From NCBI RefSeq assembly GCF_008831285.2, contig NC_045138.2:22692001-22756000 (forward strand): 64,000 nucleotides of DNA. Reading direction: 5' to 3'. Under the pieces are notes generated by a model that was given only the letters and a program-made list of their open reading frames with translations, did not search any database and was not told the DNA's origin. Each line of letters starts with the position of its first letter. The first letter of the stretch is position 1. Both the position numbers and the translations under genes were made by a program. Origin of the DNA: Nymphaea colorata (lineage: Eukaryota). Below are positions 1 to 13,600 of the stretch, in pieces.

Positions 1-1132
1 TCACCTGTGTGCACCGTTATCATGTGAATTTTTCAAGCCATATCTTCAAAAGTAGCGGTCGATTTTTATACATTTCAAACAGTAAAAATTGGAATCTCAT
101 TTTCTTCTATTGCAAATCAATCTCCCATGTGCAATTTTAGCTCCGAGTCAATACTTTCTTCCTCAAAATGGCAAAATCTTGCTAACACAACTTTTTTAAG
201 AAAATCTAGGAGTTAGGTTTGAGAGTTTTTTTAATGTCCAATACTGAAATTTAGGGCTTCAGGCGTCTATTTCTTTCCTCTGCCTCTCCTGTACTGTACA
301 GTAGGAGGTGTACAACACCGTGTCATATGATAGGGCCCTGTATCTATGATATCAATGTGACGTGCGGTGCACCCTTGTAGCTGGTGACAAGGGTATAATT
401 GATCCTCCAAAAGTTATGATGTGTATCTTATGTGCAACACACTATTAGGTATATATGAGGTCCTTTCCTGACTTAACAAAAGAAGGGGCTTGAAATGAAA
501 AGTTCCTTTTCATAATAAATCCATGTGACGGCCCATAAAATTTGAGTACATCCTGATAGGTTAGTAGCATCCAATTTGTAGCACAAATTCTACCTCCAAG
601 CCTATCTCACTAGGAGATATATATGGGAGTGGCAGAAAAGTTGTGATGTATGGTGCCTGCTGAATTTAGCCTCCTATTAATCGTACCGAGCTTCAATCTC
701 AAGTGTTGAGATGTAGGTATTTGCTGTATGCAGCACAGATTATTTGATTGACCTTTTGTCCTTGCTGATTGTTTCCTTCTAACTAGGCTATTTTTGTACC
801 TATGAATATTTGTGTAGTAGTTGATCTGTTAAGTTCTTCCTTCTATGAGAGGTTCGTTATTGGGATATTGGATGCCAATTTCCAACTACTTGGAGCCAGG
901 GAATCAGCTGGCAACACACACACAGAGAGAGAGAGAGGTCTTTGTTCCTCAATTGTTTTCTCAATCACTCTTTTGACTTTTCTCATGTTAGGCTAAAATA
1001 TATATTCCTTCAAACAAATATATTTAAAGCTTACCTTTAAAGATTTTGTAGTCTTCTACACTTTTATTTTAGTAAATAAGTGATTAATGCCTCAATGGAA
1101 TAATTTTCTTTCCCTTTTTTTCTTTTTTGCAG

Positions 1133-1607
1133 GGGGACACTCTAGACTACCTTGGGATTCCTGGCCTGCATATAGCTGGAGGTCAAGGAATCATCATTAT
1201 TGCCATATGTCAAGCTCTTCTTATGGTGATTGACCTATTCTTGCAATTTTCCAGGACTGATTCAGCATTTCTATTTGTGGATCCGTAACCGCTGATGTGT
1301 TTCTCAGGTTGGGCCTGAGTATGCAAGGTATTGTGGCATAGAAGCTCTGGAACCTCTAGGCATCTATCTACCAGGGGATATCAATTATCCAGGTGGGGTT
1401 CTTTTTGATCCGCTGGGCCTCTCTGAGAATCCTACGAATTTCGAGGAATTAAAGGTGAAGGAGATTAAAAATGGACGCCTAGCAATGGTTGCATGGCTCG
1501 GATTTTTTCTTCAAGCAGCCGTTACAGGTAAAGGGCCAGTTGAAAACCTTCTGGACCACCTCTCTGATCCTCTTCACAACAACTTGTTTTCCTTAATCAA
1601 CCGTTAG
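1133..1607 (+). CDS. LHCB7: Chlorophyll a/b-binding protein, Lhcb7-type; last two exons only (5' part lies upstream of the window)
   Basis: Exons 1133-1225 and 1308-1607 have GT-AG borders. They translate [69 protein letters not shown]...[17 protein letters not shown]...[17 protein letters not shown]...NR*. The FDPLG and [10 protein letters not shown] motifs are LHC hallmarks; the Lhcb7 subtype call is from recall. Confidence 0.9.
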
Positions 1608-2462
1608 AAGCGAAAACGAAAAATTTGTTCATGTACATTGGAACTCTACCTATACATGTTTTTCTCTGTATACTACAATGATTAACCATACCATCAGTCA
1701 TAGTAGAAACTATCTTCTCTGTTGTGCTTGTTTGTCTTAGAGACAATTGCTACCTTGTCTAGATTGTAGCATGAATGACACTAATTTCACACATGATGTA
1801 AATTGTATATTGAATCTGAATATAAAGGAAGGATCATCTACTGTCAGTACATTCTTGTTGTGTCATTCTTTGAAAGCTTCAATTCCAATCCGCCCCCTCA
1901 AGCTCAAGCCTTGTGGAAGACTTTGCTGCTTTCTTTTGCAACGCCAGAAGCAGCATTCCCCCTCTATGAACCCCCCGTTTGTTTGTCAAGATTAAGAAAT
2001 GACGTTGCTGCATACTTTTGTTAATCGTTAAGTCAGGTCGAATGAGATCCCTGGTGTTCCTTTCGTTTCTAAATGGTAGTAACTGGCTTTCAGCTGGAAC
2101 GAACAATATTTGAAGGCACAAGCTTGTAAATTGTTGAAAATTACAGCCGCTGGTGTCATGTAGCAGTTGTCGACAAACGCCTGAATGTTGAGATTCGGAA
2201 AGGCCCTTCGTGCCAACTTTTATTAGTTGTTAACTGTTGAACACGTAGGTAGGCTACATGACATGTCCGTTCTCATGCTTGTCATTGGTGAGCAGTTGTT
2301 AACAAAAGTCTAACCCATGTTAAAAGAAATTAAAAAAAGTGAATCATGTGAGAAATTTTCATTTGAAAATTTCGGTTCTTGTTGCATGGAGCAGAAGGGG
2401 AGATGAACAACGCAGCTGTTTATCATCCTTAGAGCAGGTGGCGGGACAAAAAAGTGGTTAAA

Positions 2463-3950
2463 GTAACTAACCAAATAGGTGGCGGTTTGTGGGAGGCGAA
2501 GTCAACCCTTTTTTTTCTATGCTCTCAAGGTTCAGGCCTCTTGCAGCCATTACCCATTCCGGACTGGATTTTGGGAATATATTTCAATGAATTTTATAGA
2601 AGGCTTACCTACGTCCCGTGAAAAATCAGCCATACTAATAGTGGTGGATCGTTTGTCTAAAGATGCTCAATTCGTAGCTCTAGCTCATCTATTTACCGCC
2701 AAGATGGTTGCTAAAGCATTTCATGATTGCATGGGAAAGCTTCACGGAAAGCCTCGGTCGATAGTCAGTGATAGAGACTCCCTATTTCTCAACTCATTTT
2801 GGAAAGAATGCTTCCAAATACAGGACACCAAACTTCAAATGTCCGCAGCTTACCATCCTCAGTTAGATGGTCAGACGAGATAGTAAACAAGAGTCTTGAA
2901 ATTTACCTCCGTTGCTTCACGGGACAGCACTTGAAATTGTGTGCATAATATGCATACAACACGGGCTGACACTCCTCAAGGGGGATCACACCCTTCGAAG
3001 TTGTGTATGGGACCTCCCCACCTGACCTAAGGAGGCATCAGCCAGGCACAGCTAGCTAGAGAAGAACAAGTGGATGTACAGCTCATATGCAAGGACACAG
3101 TCCTCAAGCATTTAAAACAGCATCTCGCAGCAGCCAGAAATAAGATGGTAATCCAATACAATAGGAAGCACAGGGATTTACAGCTGCAAATAGGGGACTG
3201 AGTCTTCCTTTGACGTCCTCCCCATGGACTAGGTCCACCACTTAAAAAGAGAACTGCTAAACTAGCACCAAGGTTCGTTGGCCCTTATTAAATCAAGAGG
3301 AGAGTAGGGACAGTGGCTTATGAATTAAACCTACTGGAAGGGAGTTTGATTCACCCTATGTTCCACGTTTCCAAGTTAAAGTGTTGCTTCAGTCCTCCCA
3401 CAATAAAAGAGAGAAATGCAGGCAGCCCCCATATTAGTTGTGCCAGCAGAGCTGTATCCTTATCAAAGGCTGGGCACGCCAGGGAAAAAATCCTCATGCC
3501 GAATGGCTCATCGAATCGAATACTTATGAAGATCTACCACCCACTTGGGAGGCCGCAGAGGAGATACAAACTCGATTCCCTGATTTCACACCTTGGACAA
3601 GATGTAATTGTAAGGGAGGACTGTTGTTATGTGTGGAGTTATTGAGTCCATAGAGTCAGGTCAGCAGAGGCAAGATCTGCCCTGCGTGAAGTCAGTTGGG
3701 AACTGGGTCGGGTGGATGGTAGGTCTCAATAAACCCACCCCATGTTATCAGATTGCAGTATATAAGGTCGTTAAGGGAGTTAACCCTAATTAGCAATATA
3801 ATTACCAACCTTAAGGTGTGAAGGCTGGGCTTTCGCAAGAGTAGTGTGCGTGAGTAATTGCCCTCTATTAGCAGAACAGTAACTAACCACATGGGTGGCA
3901 ATTTGTGAGAGGCCAAGTCAACCCCTTTTTTCTATGCTTCCAAGGTTTAG
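2463..3950 (+). mobile_element. Truncated, degenerate Ty3/gypsy chromovirus (Reina-like): integrase, chromodomain, PPT and start of 3' LTR
   Basis: Integrase motifs ISMNFIEGLP..ILIVVDRLSK..SIVSDRDSLF..SAAYHPQLDGQT, KLAPRFVGPY and IHPMFHVSKLK. Chromodomain-like EWLI...PTWEAAEEIQTRFPDF. PPT aagggagga at 3612-3620, followed by TG. Many stops and frameshifts. The right LTR boundary was not determined. Confidence 0.85.
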
Positions 3951-4485
3951 AACTGATTCGAGACCTAAGTGGTTCTAGGTTGCACCCTTCAACTCGAAAC
4001 GTTATGCATGTTACTATTTTGTAGTTGAAAAAGTAGCATCAATGGGAATCAACATTCATACCAACCAGTTAACTAGTGAGAAAGGATCAAAGTACATTGG
4101 TTTTTCACAATGAAATGAGTATGACTATAATTGGAAAACATCGTGGAAATATTAATGACTTTCTGGTCTCAAAATCGTCCACGTCTGCAGGGAGGGAGCA
4201 ACCAATAGTCATGATCACATCACACCGCACTGGTTGCTGACAATTATGATTTTTACCATATGAATGAAATCACTGATGGTGTGATTCTAAAAGACACTTT
4301 CTATCATAAGCGCTCCAAACCGTTCTTTGAAACAGTAACCAGCTTCTTGTATAAATCTAGTGTGGCAAAGTTGGGCGGATGTGCAACAAATGAAGCAACC
4401 AAATTTGGCTCCACAATTTGCACATGGTCATATGTGAGCTCTGAATTTTGGTCGGCGCATCTCAAAAGTTCAACTCATGTACTGA

Positions 4486-4772
4486 ACTCAGTCTGGCCCG
4501 AAGCTCTTGCCAGCAGTCCAAGCCCGGCCCGTTTAGGTATCAGACTGGGCTCGACCATAAACTTCATACACATCGGGTGCCCGGTTCGATGTCTACTCTT
4601 ATTTGAAAACTTTGACATTTCATTTTTTAATATCCCAAAAATATTTGATGATATATCAAGAGTTTTTAAGAAAGTCATCAGCGACACACAGAGTTTTTAA
4701 GGGAACCATTGGCGGACACACAAAGAGTTTTTAAGGAAGCCATCGGCGATGCACCAAAAGTTTGTATGTCAG

Positions 4773-4804
<32 letters not shown>

Positions 4805-6512
4805 ATAAAGAGAGAAAGAAAAAGAAAAAGATAATAAAAAAATGTGGGGAGATGAATTTTAAATATATATATTGCACCAAGTGGGCCCTCAACACTACTC
4901 GGGCCAGCAGCCCCATCTGATACCTGTCTGTTGTTACTTGAGGCGATCAAAACTTGCATCTCTTCCAACTTTCTGCATCTAACAACAAGTGTATCTCCCA
5001 CATCCAATCTTTGAAACGGCATATGAACGAAATCTGGATCCTTCAAGCTAATGCAATTGAAAAATATTTATAGCCTTAAGTTTTATGATTGGCATCAACG
5101 TCTAGATGTTGATTATGGTTTTAACGCCTTTGGTGTTCTACGTGAAAGAAGAACATTACGTACGTTAGCCCAGACTTCTAGGAATATTTTGAAAGAAGAA
5201 CATTACATACGTGAAAGTAATTAAATATATGTAATGTTCTGTGATGGGCAGGACATGTTGTATGTTCTATTTCGATGGACAAACCTCTTAACTTTCATGT
5301 AGAACACCAAAGGAGTTAAAACCGTAATGGTATGTTATGCCAATCATAAAACCTAAGGCTATAAATATTTTTCAATTGCATTAGCTTGAGGAATCCAGAT
5401 TTTGTTCATATGCCATTGCAAAGATTGGATGTGGGCGATAGGCTTGTTGCTAGACGGAGAAAGTTGGAAAAGATGCACGTTTTGTTCGCCTCAGGTAAGG
5501 GTGGACAACATGATTGGTATCGGATGGGTAATTAGATACTTGGCCTATGATGGGTCAGGCTTGGGTTGAATATTTGACTTTCGGGTTGACCTGATAAAAA
5601 AAATTGTCAGGTTGGGCTGGCCCGAATAGAGTGTTGGGGGCCTGATCGCTGCAATATATATATATTTTTGAGATATTAAATAATAAAATGTCAAAGGTTT
5701 GAAATAAAGGTAGACATCAAACCAGACACCCGATGGGTATGAAGTTTATGGACGAGCCCGGTTTGATAACTAAATGGTTCGGGTCGCTAGCTATGTCACA
5801 ATGGTACGAGTACCAGGTACTGGTATCGTAAATCTTGGTACGGGTACAACAACTATTATATATTATTAATATAATTAATTCAAAAATTTGAAAAAACCAA
5901 ATGAAACCATAGATAATGGTCTCACCAGTCATAACAAAAAAACATAAAATGTCATAGATAATCTCATAAAACATACAATATTCTTTCCATGAATCCATAG
6001 ATCAAAAAAACATAGAATGTTCCTTTCATCAATCCATGAAAAAGATGATGAGCAGGAAATTTTGCCAGAATGTGCCATCGATGTTGGGAAACTAGAATGA
6101 AGAACAAATCTCGCAACATTGAAGCATATCGGAAGTCGGGAACCCTAAAAATCAAAAGGGAAAAACACAAAAACTAACAAACGAAAAACCTGCCATCGCC
6201 CACTCACCATCCGTCACCGTTTTCCGTCCGTCGCCGGTTGCCGGCTGCCGTTCGTCACCGGTCTGCAGCTGCCCAAACGCCCACCGAAGACCTTCTGTTG
6301 AAAGTCGAGAGGGAGGAGGAGAGGGGCGTCGAAGGGTTTTTGGTTGTTTAAACGTTGTTTGGATCCAGTTCTGACCTGGATCCGGATTTGACGTACCGCC
6401 CCATACCGCCATGCCCGTTTTGCCATACCAGCATACCGGTACAGGTACACGATTCATTTTGGCATACCGCTGTGACATAGACTGCTGGCAAGAGCTTCGG
6501 GCCAGACTGAGC
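4486..6512. repeat. Large imperfect inverted repeat (left arm ~4486-5148; right arm ~5292-5790 plus 6481-6512)
   Basis: Read directly. aagctaatgcaattgaaaaatatttatagcctta (~5045-5078) pairs with taaggctataaatatttttcaattgcattagctt (~5354-5387). ctcagtctggcccgaagctcttgccagcagt (~4487-4517) pairs with 6481-6511. Confidence 0.9.
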
Positions 6513-6574
6513 TCGGGTTTGTTAAGTCTTGGGCTGCTTTGGCCTGGCCTGGCCCGACTCAATGCCCAGCCTTA
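5496..6574. mobile_element. Old non-autonomous hAT/MITE (TAAGGGTGGAC...GCCCAGCCTTA ends) containing a nested MITE
   Basis: Termini resemble the TAGGG(G)TGGG-type TIRs of the hAT at 47925-53640, with GGCCC/CCCG-rich subterminals. The 8-bp flanks gcctcagg/accacacg match only 5/8. Confidence 0.55.
5791..6480. mobile_element. hAT-type MITE, CTATGTCAC-TIR family (690 bp)
   Basis: Starts ctatgtcacaatggta and ends taccgctgtgacatag. It interrupts the right arm of the inverted repeat, which resumes at 6481. The TSD is degenerate. Confidence 0.8.
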
Positions 6575-7040
6575 ACCACACGAGAGTCATATAAAAGAGG
6601 AGGCAAGGCCAGTGTCAACTAACGGCTGTGCAAGGCAAGGTTGTAGAGGGAGAGGACCAGATTAGGCATGGAAAACAAAGAAGAGAGATCGGAGGAGAGA
6701 AAAGAGGTTGCCTTACTCTTTGCCGGAAAATTAAGGCGTATATATGTTAACGAGGGGGACATTGGGTGGATATACGTTAGCAGGGCATTGTAGTCATTCA
6801 ATCTTTTTTAACTTGTGTTAAGTAGTCAGTATAAGCATCCACCACGTATGAGTGGATGTTACTTAGGCTTCTAATTGAGAACTCTTAAAAGTTAAGCATG
6901 TTCGTGTAATATTATAAAAAGAATGGGCATGGATTTGTAAAGTTTTATTTTCTGAATCTCTCTTCAGACGCTGACGTGTTCAATTTCAATTTGGCGGATG
7001 GAATTCAGCATCCAAGCATTTTTTGGGTCCTACGGCCGAG

Positions 7041-7557
7041 ATGACGATGTGGCGGCCACGCCTTTCCCGCCTCCTCCCTCCTCGTTCCCTTCACAATCCA
7101 AGGTAGCCCGGAAAAGCCAGAAAACTCAGACGACAGGTTTCGTCAGCTTCTTCATTCCTGAATCCTGCTCGAATCCCTTTGTTTCAGGCACAGAACTCCT
7201 CCCGTGGTTGAAGTTCGTAGCATGGATCCTCGATTCGGTCCGAGGAGGCACGCCGATTTCCGGATTTGCAGCGTCTCTGGGTGAGATTTCTTTCCTTTCA
7301 TTTCGCGAATCATTTTTCATGTTATATTAGGATATTTCGGACTTTGGGCTCACGGAGTATCAAGAATGCCGTTAATCTAGTGTCATATTGGTCTCTTTAT
7401 CATATTTGATATTTTTCTTTTTCTGTTTGGGTATCTACAGTTTCAAAACGGAGGTGCTTGAGTTGCGGGCAAGGAATCCTTCTGTTTGTGTGTTGGTGAT
7501 CCCGGGAAATCCAGGTTTCTGTCTTTTAGGATATTCAGCTGAGTGAATTTTGGAGTC

Positions 7558-7609
<52 letters not shown>

Positions 7610-10600
7610 AATTTTTAGCCGAATAATGATCGGGATGTGATAATTATGAGGAAATTGATGGTTTTCAGAATGAGGTGGCTTTGATCTCTTTAATTTGATT
7701 TTCTTCGGTCGGTTACACTTCCGGACAATTTATAAACTTTGGCGGACTTGTTTGTTCAGGTGTTGTTTCCTTCTACAGGGATTTCGTTGAAGCAATCTAC
7801 GAAATGCTTGATGAAAATGCTTCAGTCATAGGCGAGTCTCTAGCACATTTTCCTTTCTCATTTCTTCTTTTTCTTTTTCTGTTTCTCCTCCTCGTCCTGA
7901 TTTATGTTTCTTTTCTCTATGTTAATTTGTGGTTTCTTTTCTGTGACTCTGCAAGCTACGAGCAGCGGTTGGACATATTGGCCATACTCAAAAGGTAGCG
8001 TGCAGTGGGTGTCAGCGTTCTTTTCTTGAGAAGAATCGATATGCATATGAAATGAAATGCTAATTCTTTCGGTCAGTTAAATTTACTTAAACAGAATAGC
8101 TTTTCGGTAAGCAGCTGGTTTTCGTACCATAAGGCATTAACTTGATGCTCTCAATGTGGTTCTGAGTAACGCGGTTTGGACAGAGCCGACGATTTCACTC
8201 AGCCGACTCATGAGTTAGACGACCACACCTAGTTGAGACGAGTTAAGAACATTAAATATCGTCTGTCATGATGTCTTCTGTCCTTATGTGTGGAGATAGG
8301 CGACAGGCAGCTCAACATTTATGGCTCACGGTTACATGACTAGCTAGATGCAATCTACTTGGTTGATGGGAATTTTTCCGTGATGCCTCGCTATCTGATA
8401 TTGGCAAGTGGACGCCTTTTTTTTTTTTCTTTCTTTCTTTCTCTCTTCTTGGTCAAGTTTTCCAACAAAAGAGGTTGCTTCCAGTTTTATGCGCATCGCT
8501 TAGTCACTGAATCTTCTGAATCTGGACGTTCTTTTTACAGGTACTGTGGAGTTCCTTTAGTTTCAATCAATAACCAGTAAATGGTTTCTGGCCACCACCC
8601 ATTTTCCACATTGTATTTGAATCTCTTCTTTTTTTCTTTATACTAAGTTGTCTCAATTATACTTTCCTATTCCTACGAGCCATCTAATACCTGAATTGTT
8701 TTATTATGCCTATTAATCAATCTTGCATAATATGGTGCATTTATCTTTCACGCTTTCTGCTGATAAAAGTACCTTAAGTGATCTATTCCCGATTGCAGAA
8801 CTGGGAAAGAGGAAGGTTGTTTACGCTCCAGGATCAAATCAAACATAAGGTGTCCAGCTATTGACCAGTTTTGCTTATTTGGGTAGTCAAACGTGGCAGT
8901 TTCTGAGCAAGTATAATTACTGTCATATCCATTGTGTGGCAACGTCAAATTCTTTAGCTGATTGATTAGGAATAGATTGTGTGACACAGGATCTATTTAT
9001 CTGAAGAACTTATCAGCTTGGGTGCATTGCAACTCATTTAATATTCTATATGCTATACAAGGGTTTCTGTTACTTTTTTTTTTCCTAGTTTCCATGGGAT
9101 CATATTACTTCTCTGGTGAAGTTCTTCTTTTATTTTCTTATTCATCCTCTTCTCTTTGCCAGATAGACTTTGTAAATCAAGAGCTTCAAAGTACCAGAAC
9201 TCCGATAGTGTTGGTACGTTTATGTTTGAAGTCTAAGAATGATTGCTCTTGTTGTCTAAATGCTTGATTTTTTTTTTTTTTGGTCTCGATAATTTTCTTA
9301 AATTTAACTATCTTGTTTACTGAGTGCCTTTTGGCTCTCTCTGATGATGGTGTTACTCTTCGAGCTGCTTGGTTTGTTCTTTGACTTGTATTAATGGATG
9401 ATACTTTTTGGTTTTTGCTTTTGTTGAAGACCTATAGATTACATTTTGGTGCAGATAGCAAACTGATATTTTCTTAAGAAAAGTTGAACACGTGTTTTAT
9501 CAAGGGTCAATAGTGTAAGAATCTTTGCTTATTCACGTCTCTCCGTCTAAAATCAGGTAGAATGAGAAGAAGAAATAGAAGAGAAGACAAATGAAGGAAG
9601 AGAGTCACACGCGTTAACAGCCGTGTGATCCTTAATCTATATTAAAGAATTAACCTAATCAGGTTATAACAAAATGTACACAAATTATATAACATTTACA
9701 GAAGTGCCACCGCCTAGTATGTTTAGGCGTGTGGATTAGAAAACAAGTGGATCGGGTCTGAATAGACCCGAGCCAACATACGCACAAAACTTAACAGCCC
9801 CCCTCAAGTTGTGCATGAGATTTGACCATGCATAACTTGTTCTTCAATTCCCAAAAGTGCTGCCCTGTGAGTCCTTTAGTAAAGATATCAGCTATCTGTT
9901 CACTGGTGGATATATAAGTAGGCAAAATCTCGGCTTCTTCAACCTTCTGACGGATGAAGTGTTGATCAATCTCTATGTGTTTGGTACGATGATGCAGAAT
10001 GAGATTGAAGGCAATTTTTATTGCACTTTGATTGTCACATAGTAATGATGACTGGGCAATAGGAAGATTAAGCTCTCCAAGCAAATGTCGTAACCATGAT
10101 GCTTCAGCTGTCCCTGCAGCCATTGCTCTGTACTCTGCCTCAGTGCTGGATCGTGTAACAGCACGCTGCTTTTTACTGCTCCAACAAATGAGATTAGAAT
10201 CAAGAAAGACAGAAACCTGAAACTGATCGTCGATCATCGGGATCGCCTGCCCAGTCTGCATCAGTATATGTATATATGCTATGTCCAAGAGAAACATTTG
10301 AGCATTTTGTGTAGACTAGTCCATCTCCAAGAGAAGCTTTGAGATACCGCAATATCCGCTTAGCGGCATCCATATGTCATTCTGTGGGGGCATGCATGAA
10401 CTGAAAAATCTGATTTACAGCATATACTATGTCTGGGCGAGTAAAAGTGAGGTATTGTAACATACCAACAATACTGCGATAGAATGTAGGATCGGAGTAT
10501 GCTGCAGTTCCATCAGATGAAGTCAACTTAGTGTTTAGAACACTAGGAGTAGTTATGGGTTTGCAATTAGTCATGCCTGCCTTGTCCAAAACATCAAGGG

Positions 10601-13600
10601 TATACTTGTGCTGCGTAAGAGTCAATCTATCATTTGTCCTGTCAAGCTCAACACCAAAAAAATATCGTAATTCGCCGAGATCCTTCATCTTGAATTCTTG
10701 CTTCAACATATCTTTAACATAGGATATATGTGATGCCGAGTTCCTAGTGATAACAATATCATCAACATATATAAGCAACCAAGTGGTAGCTTCTCCGGAA
10801 TGATAGATAAACAAAGAGTGATCGAGAGAGCTTCGGAGAAAACCAACTTGTTGTATATGATGAGAAAAACGATCGAACCATGATCTAGAAGCTTGCTTCA
10901 ACCCATATAGAGATTTTTGTAATTTACAAACTCATTGTTGAGGATCATGAGTAGTATAGCCAGGAGGTTGCTCCATGTAAACCTCTTCCTTAAGAATCCC
11001 ATGAAGGAATGCATTTTTAACATCTAACTGATAAAGAGGCCATCCATATGAGACTGCAAGAGAAATAACCACGCGTATTGTTCCCATCTTGATGACTGGA
11101 CTGAATGTTTCATCATAATCTTCCCCATATTGCTGAGTGAACCCGCGTGCCACAAGACGCGCTTTATGTCGATCAATGCTACCATCTGGCTTATATTTCA
11201 GCTTGTAAACCCACTTGGAACCCACAACATTCTTATCATTTGGACGAGGAACAATCTGCCAAGTTTGACATTCATGCAAGGCTGTCATTTCCTCATTCAT
11301 AGCTTCAACCCAACATTTTTCCTTACTCGCATGGTGATAAGATTTTGGTTCCACCTTTTTGTTGACTTCTGTCATAAACAACTGAAAATCCAAAGAAAAA
11401 GTATTATAGCTCACCCATCTATCAATAGGATGTCTCACGCGTTGTGACTGGCGTGGAACTGCGGGTGGATCTGTCGTAGGAACTGATCGCCTAGAATACA
11501 CCAGGCCTGAGAACCGATTATATGTAGGTGGATCATTGGGCTGAGGAAATGGAGGCACGCTGTCCAAGGAGCTACTTATAGGTGTTTCGGGTTCATTAAC
11601 AACTTGCTCCTTGTGTTCATTCAACTTTTCCGCCCCTTGTCTTAAGATTTCAGCATGTAACCAAGTATCATAAAACTCATTTTTGTCCTTGAGTGTCAGA
11701 GAAGTTGCCTTGGAGTCTTGTAACCTGCTTTCATAAAAAATAACATGCCGTGAAATATGTACACGCCCAGTTTTAGGGTTGTAACATCTATAACCCTTGT
11801 AATTTTCTGCATACCCTATAAATCTGCACAAAACAGCACGATCTTGAAATTTGTTTCCTAAGGAAACATCAACATGCACATAGCACACACATCCAAAAAC
11901 ACGTAAATCTTCATAACACGGCTGTTCTTGATGTAATAGAAAAAATGGAGATTTTCCATCAAGCAAAGCCAATGGCAGTCGATTTATAGCATGAACAGCT
12001 GTATGAAAAGCCTCGGTCCACAATGTCATAGGTAAGTCTGTGTCATGCATCATGCTAAGGGCGCTTTCAACAATATGCCTATGTTTCCTTTCAGCAATTC
12101 CGTTTTGCTGAGGTGTATGGGGGCATGAAGTTTGTCTAGTGATCCCATTATCTAGTAGATACTCAGTAAATTCACTAGAAATAAATTCACCACCACCATC
12201 ACATTGAAAATGCACAATATTGCTGGAATATTTATTTTGAACCAAAGCATGAAATTGAGTGAACAGGCGGAAGACTTCTGATTTGTGTTTCATGAAATGA
12301 ATCCAAGTATATCGGGAATATGAATCAATAAAAATAACATAATATCTACTCCCAGAAGAAGAAGGAATTGGAGCAGGCCCCCAAACATCGGAATGTATAG
12401 TGTCAAAAGCCTTTGAAGCTCTTTTATTTATTAATTGAAAAGGAAGGGCATGGCTCTTACAGATATGACAACTCGAGCACATGCTGGACTCACTGACTGA
12501 ACTCAGACTGGACTTATCTAAGAGCCCGTCTGCAACAAGACTTCGAACAAAAGACTGACTACAATGAGCTAACCGACCATGCCAAATGGATGGCTTATTA
12601 TATTCTGCGACATTGATTTCACTATGAATTGAAAAGGATTGATCTGAAGGGTGAGATTTTGACAACTTTGGAGCTTCTTCAAGAACATACATGTCGCCTT
12701 TGCGAGTGCCCTCAGCGAACGTCCTCTTGGTTCGAGCATCCTTGACATAAACAGAAGACGGTGTGAATTCAACAGAGGAGTGAGTATCATCAATCAGTTT
12801 GGACACTGAGATAATATTTTTCTTGACACTTGGAACAACAAGGACATTCTTTAATGGAATGGAAGAGGAACCCATAGATATTTGTGCATTTCCAATGTGC
12901 GATATTGTGTGATGGGAACCATCTCCCGTGACAACTGAGCCTTGATCTAAATAAGGGAAAACACTAGATAAAGTACTTGTGTCACCAGTAACATGGGCTG
13001 CTGCTCCAGAGTCCACATACCACTCTCCTTGCTCATTTTGCTTCAAGTGGAGCTTAGATAAGGCTGTCATAAGAAGTTGTTGCACCTCCGATGAAACATT
13101 TGATGTTGGATTTGAGCTAGATGAGGATGAAACTGACCCTACTGCTGCCTTGTTTTCACGCCTGACTTGATTATTTTTATTCTGAGGATTGTGCCAACAT
13201 TCTGATTTCACATGTCCCCTCTTATTACAATAGAAGCAAGTCGGAACCCTTCTAGATGTGGCGGCAGTAGTATTCATGCCTGGTGGTGTCGGGAGAATCC
13301 CTCTTCCCATTCCTGCCTGAGGAGTCCAATGGCGAGTACGATTCCCTTGCAATGCATGTGTTCCTGTAATCAATACATTGTGGCTGTTGGGAGAAATCAA
13401 ATTCTGTCGCTGCACACGACTAGCTTCGTGTTGAAATAACTTGGCTTTCATATCTTCAAAAGATGGAAGGACAGGTAAAACCTCCAAGGCTGTGCAAAAA
13501 ATATCAAACTCTGTTCCCAGGCCACTCAAGGCTTGTTGCACTTTGTCTTTATCGCTGACAGGATGTCCAATGGCAGCAAATTGATCACTTACGTTTTTGA

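Noticed and set aside
1747..2216. Overlapping short ORFs after LHCB7
   Set aside because: No recognisable motifs or splice structure.
4200..4700. 146-aa ORF 4260-4700 and antisense frames
   Set aside because: Runs into MITE-derived inverted-repeat sequence; no recognisable product.
6998..7330. 110-aa ORF over the LDAH 5' end
   Set aside because: Reads through introns; the spliced LDAH model explains the region.
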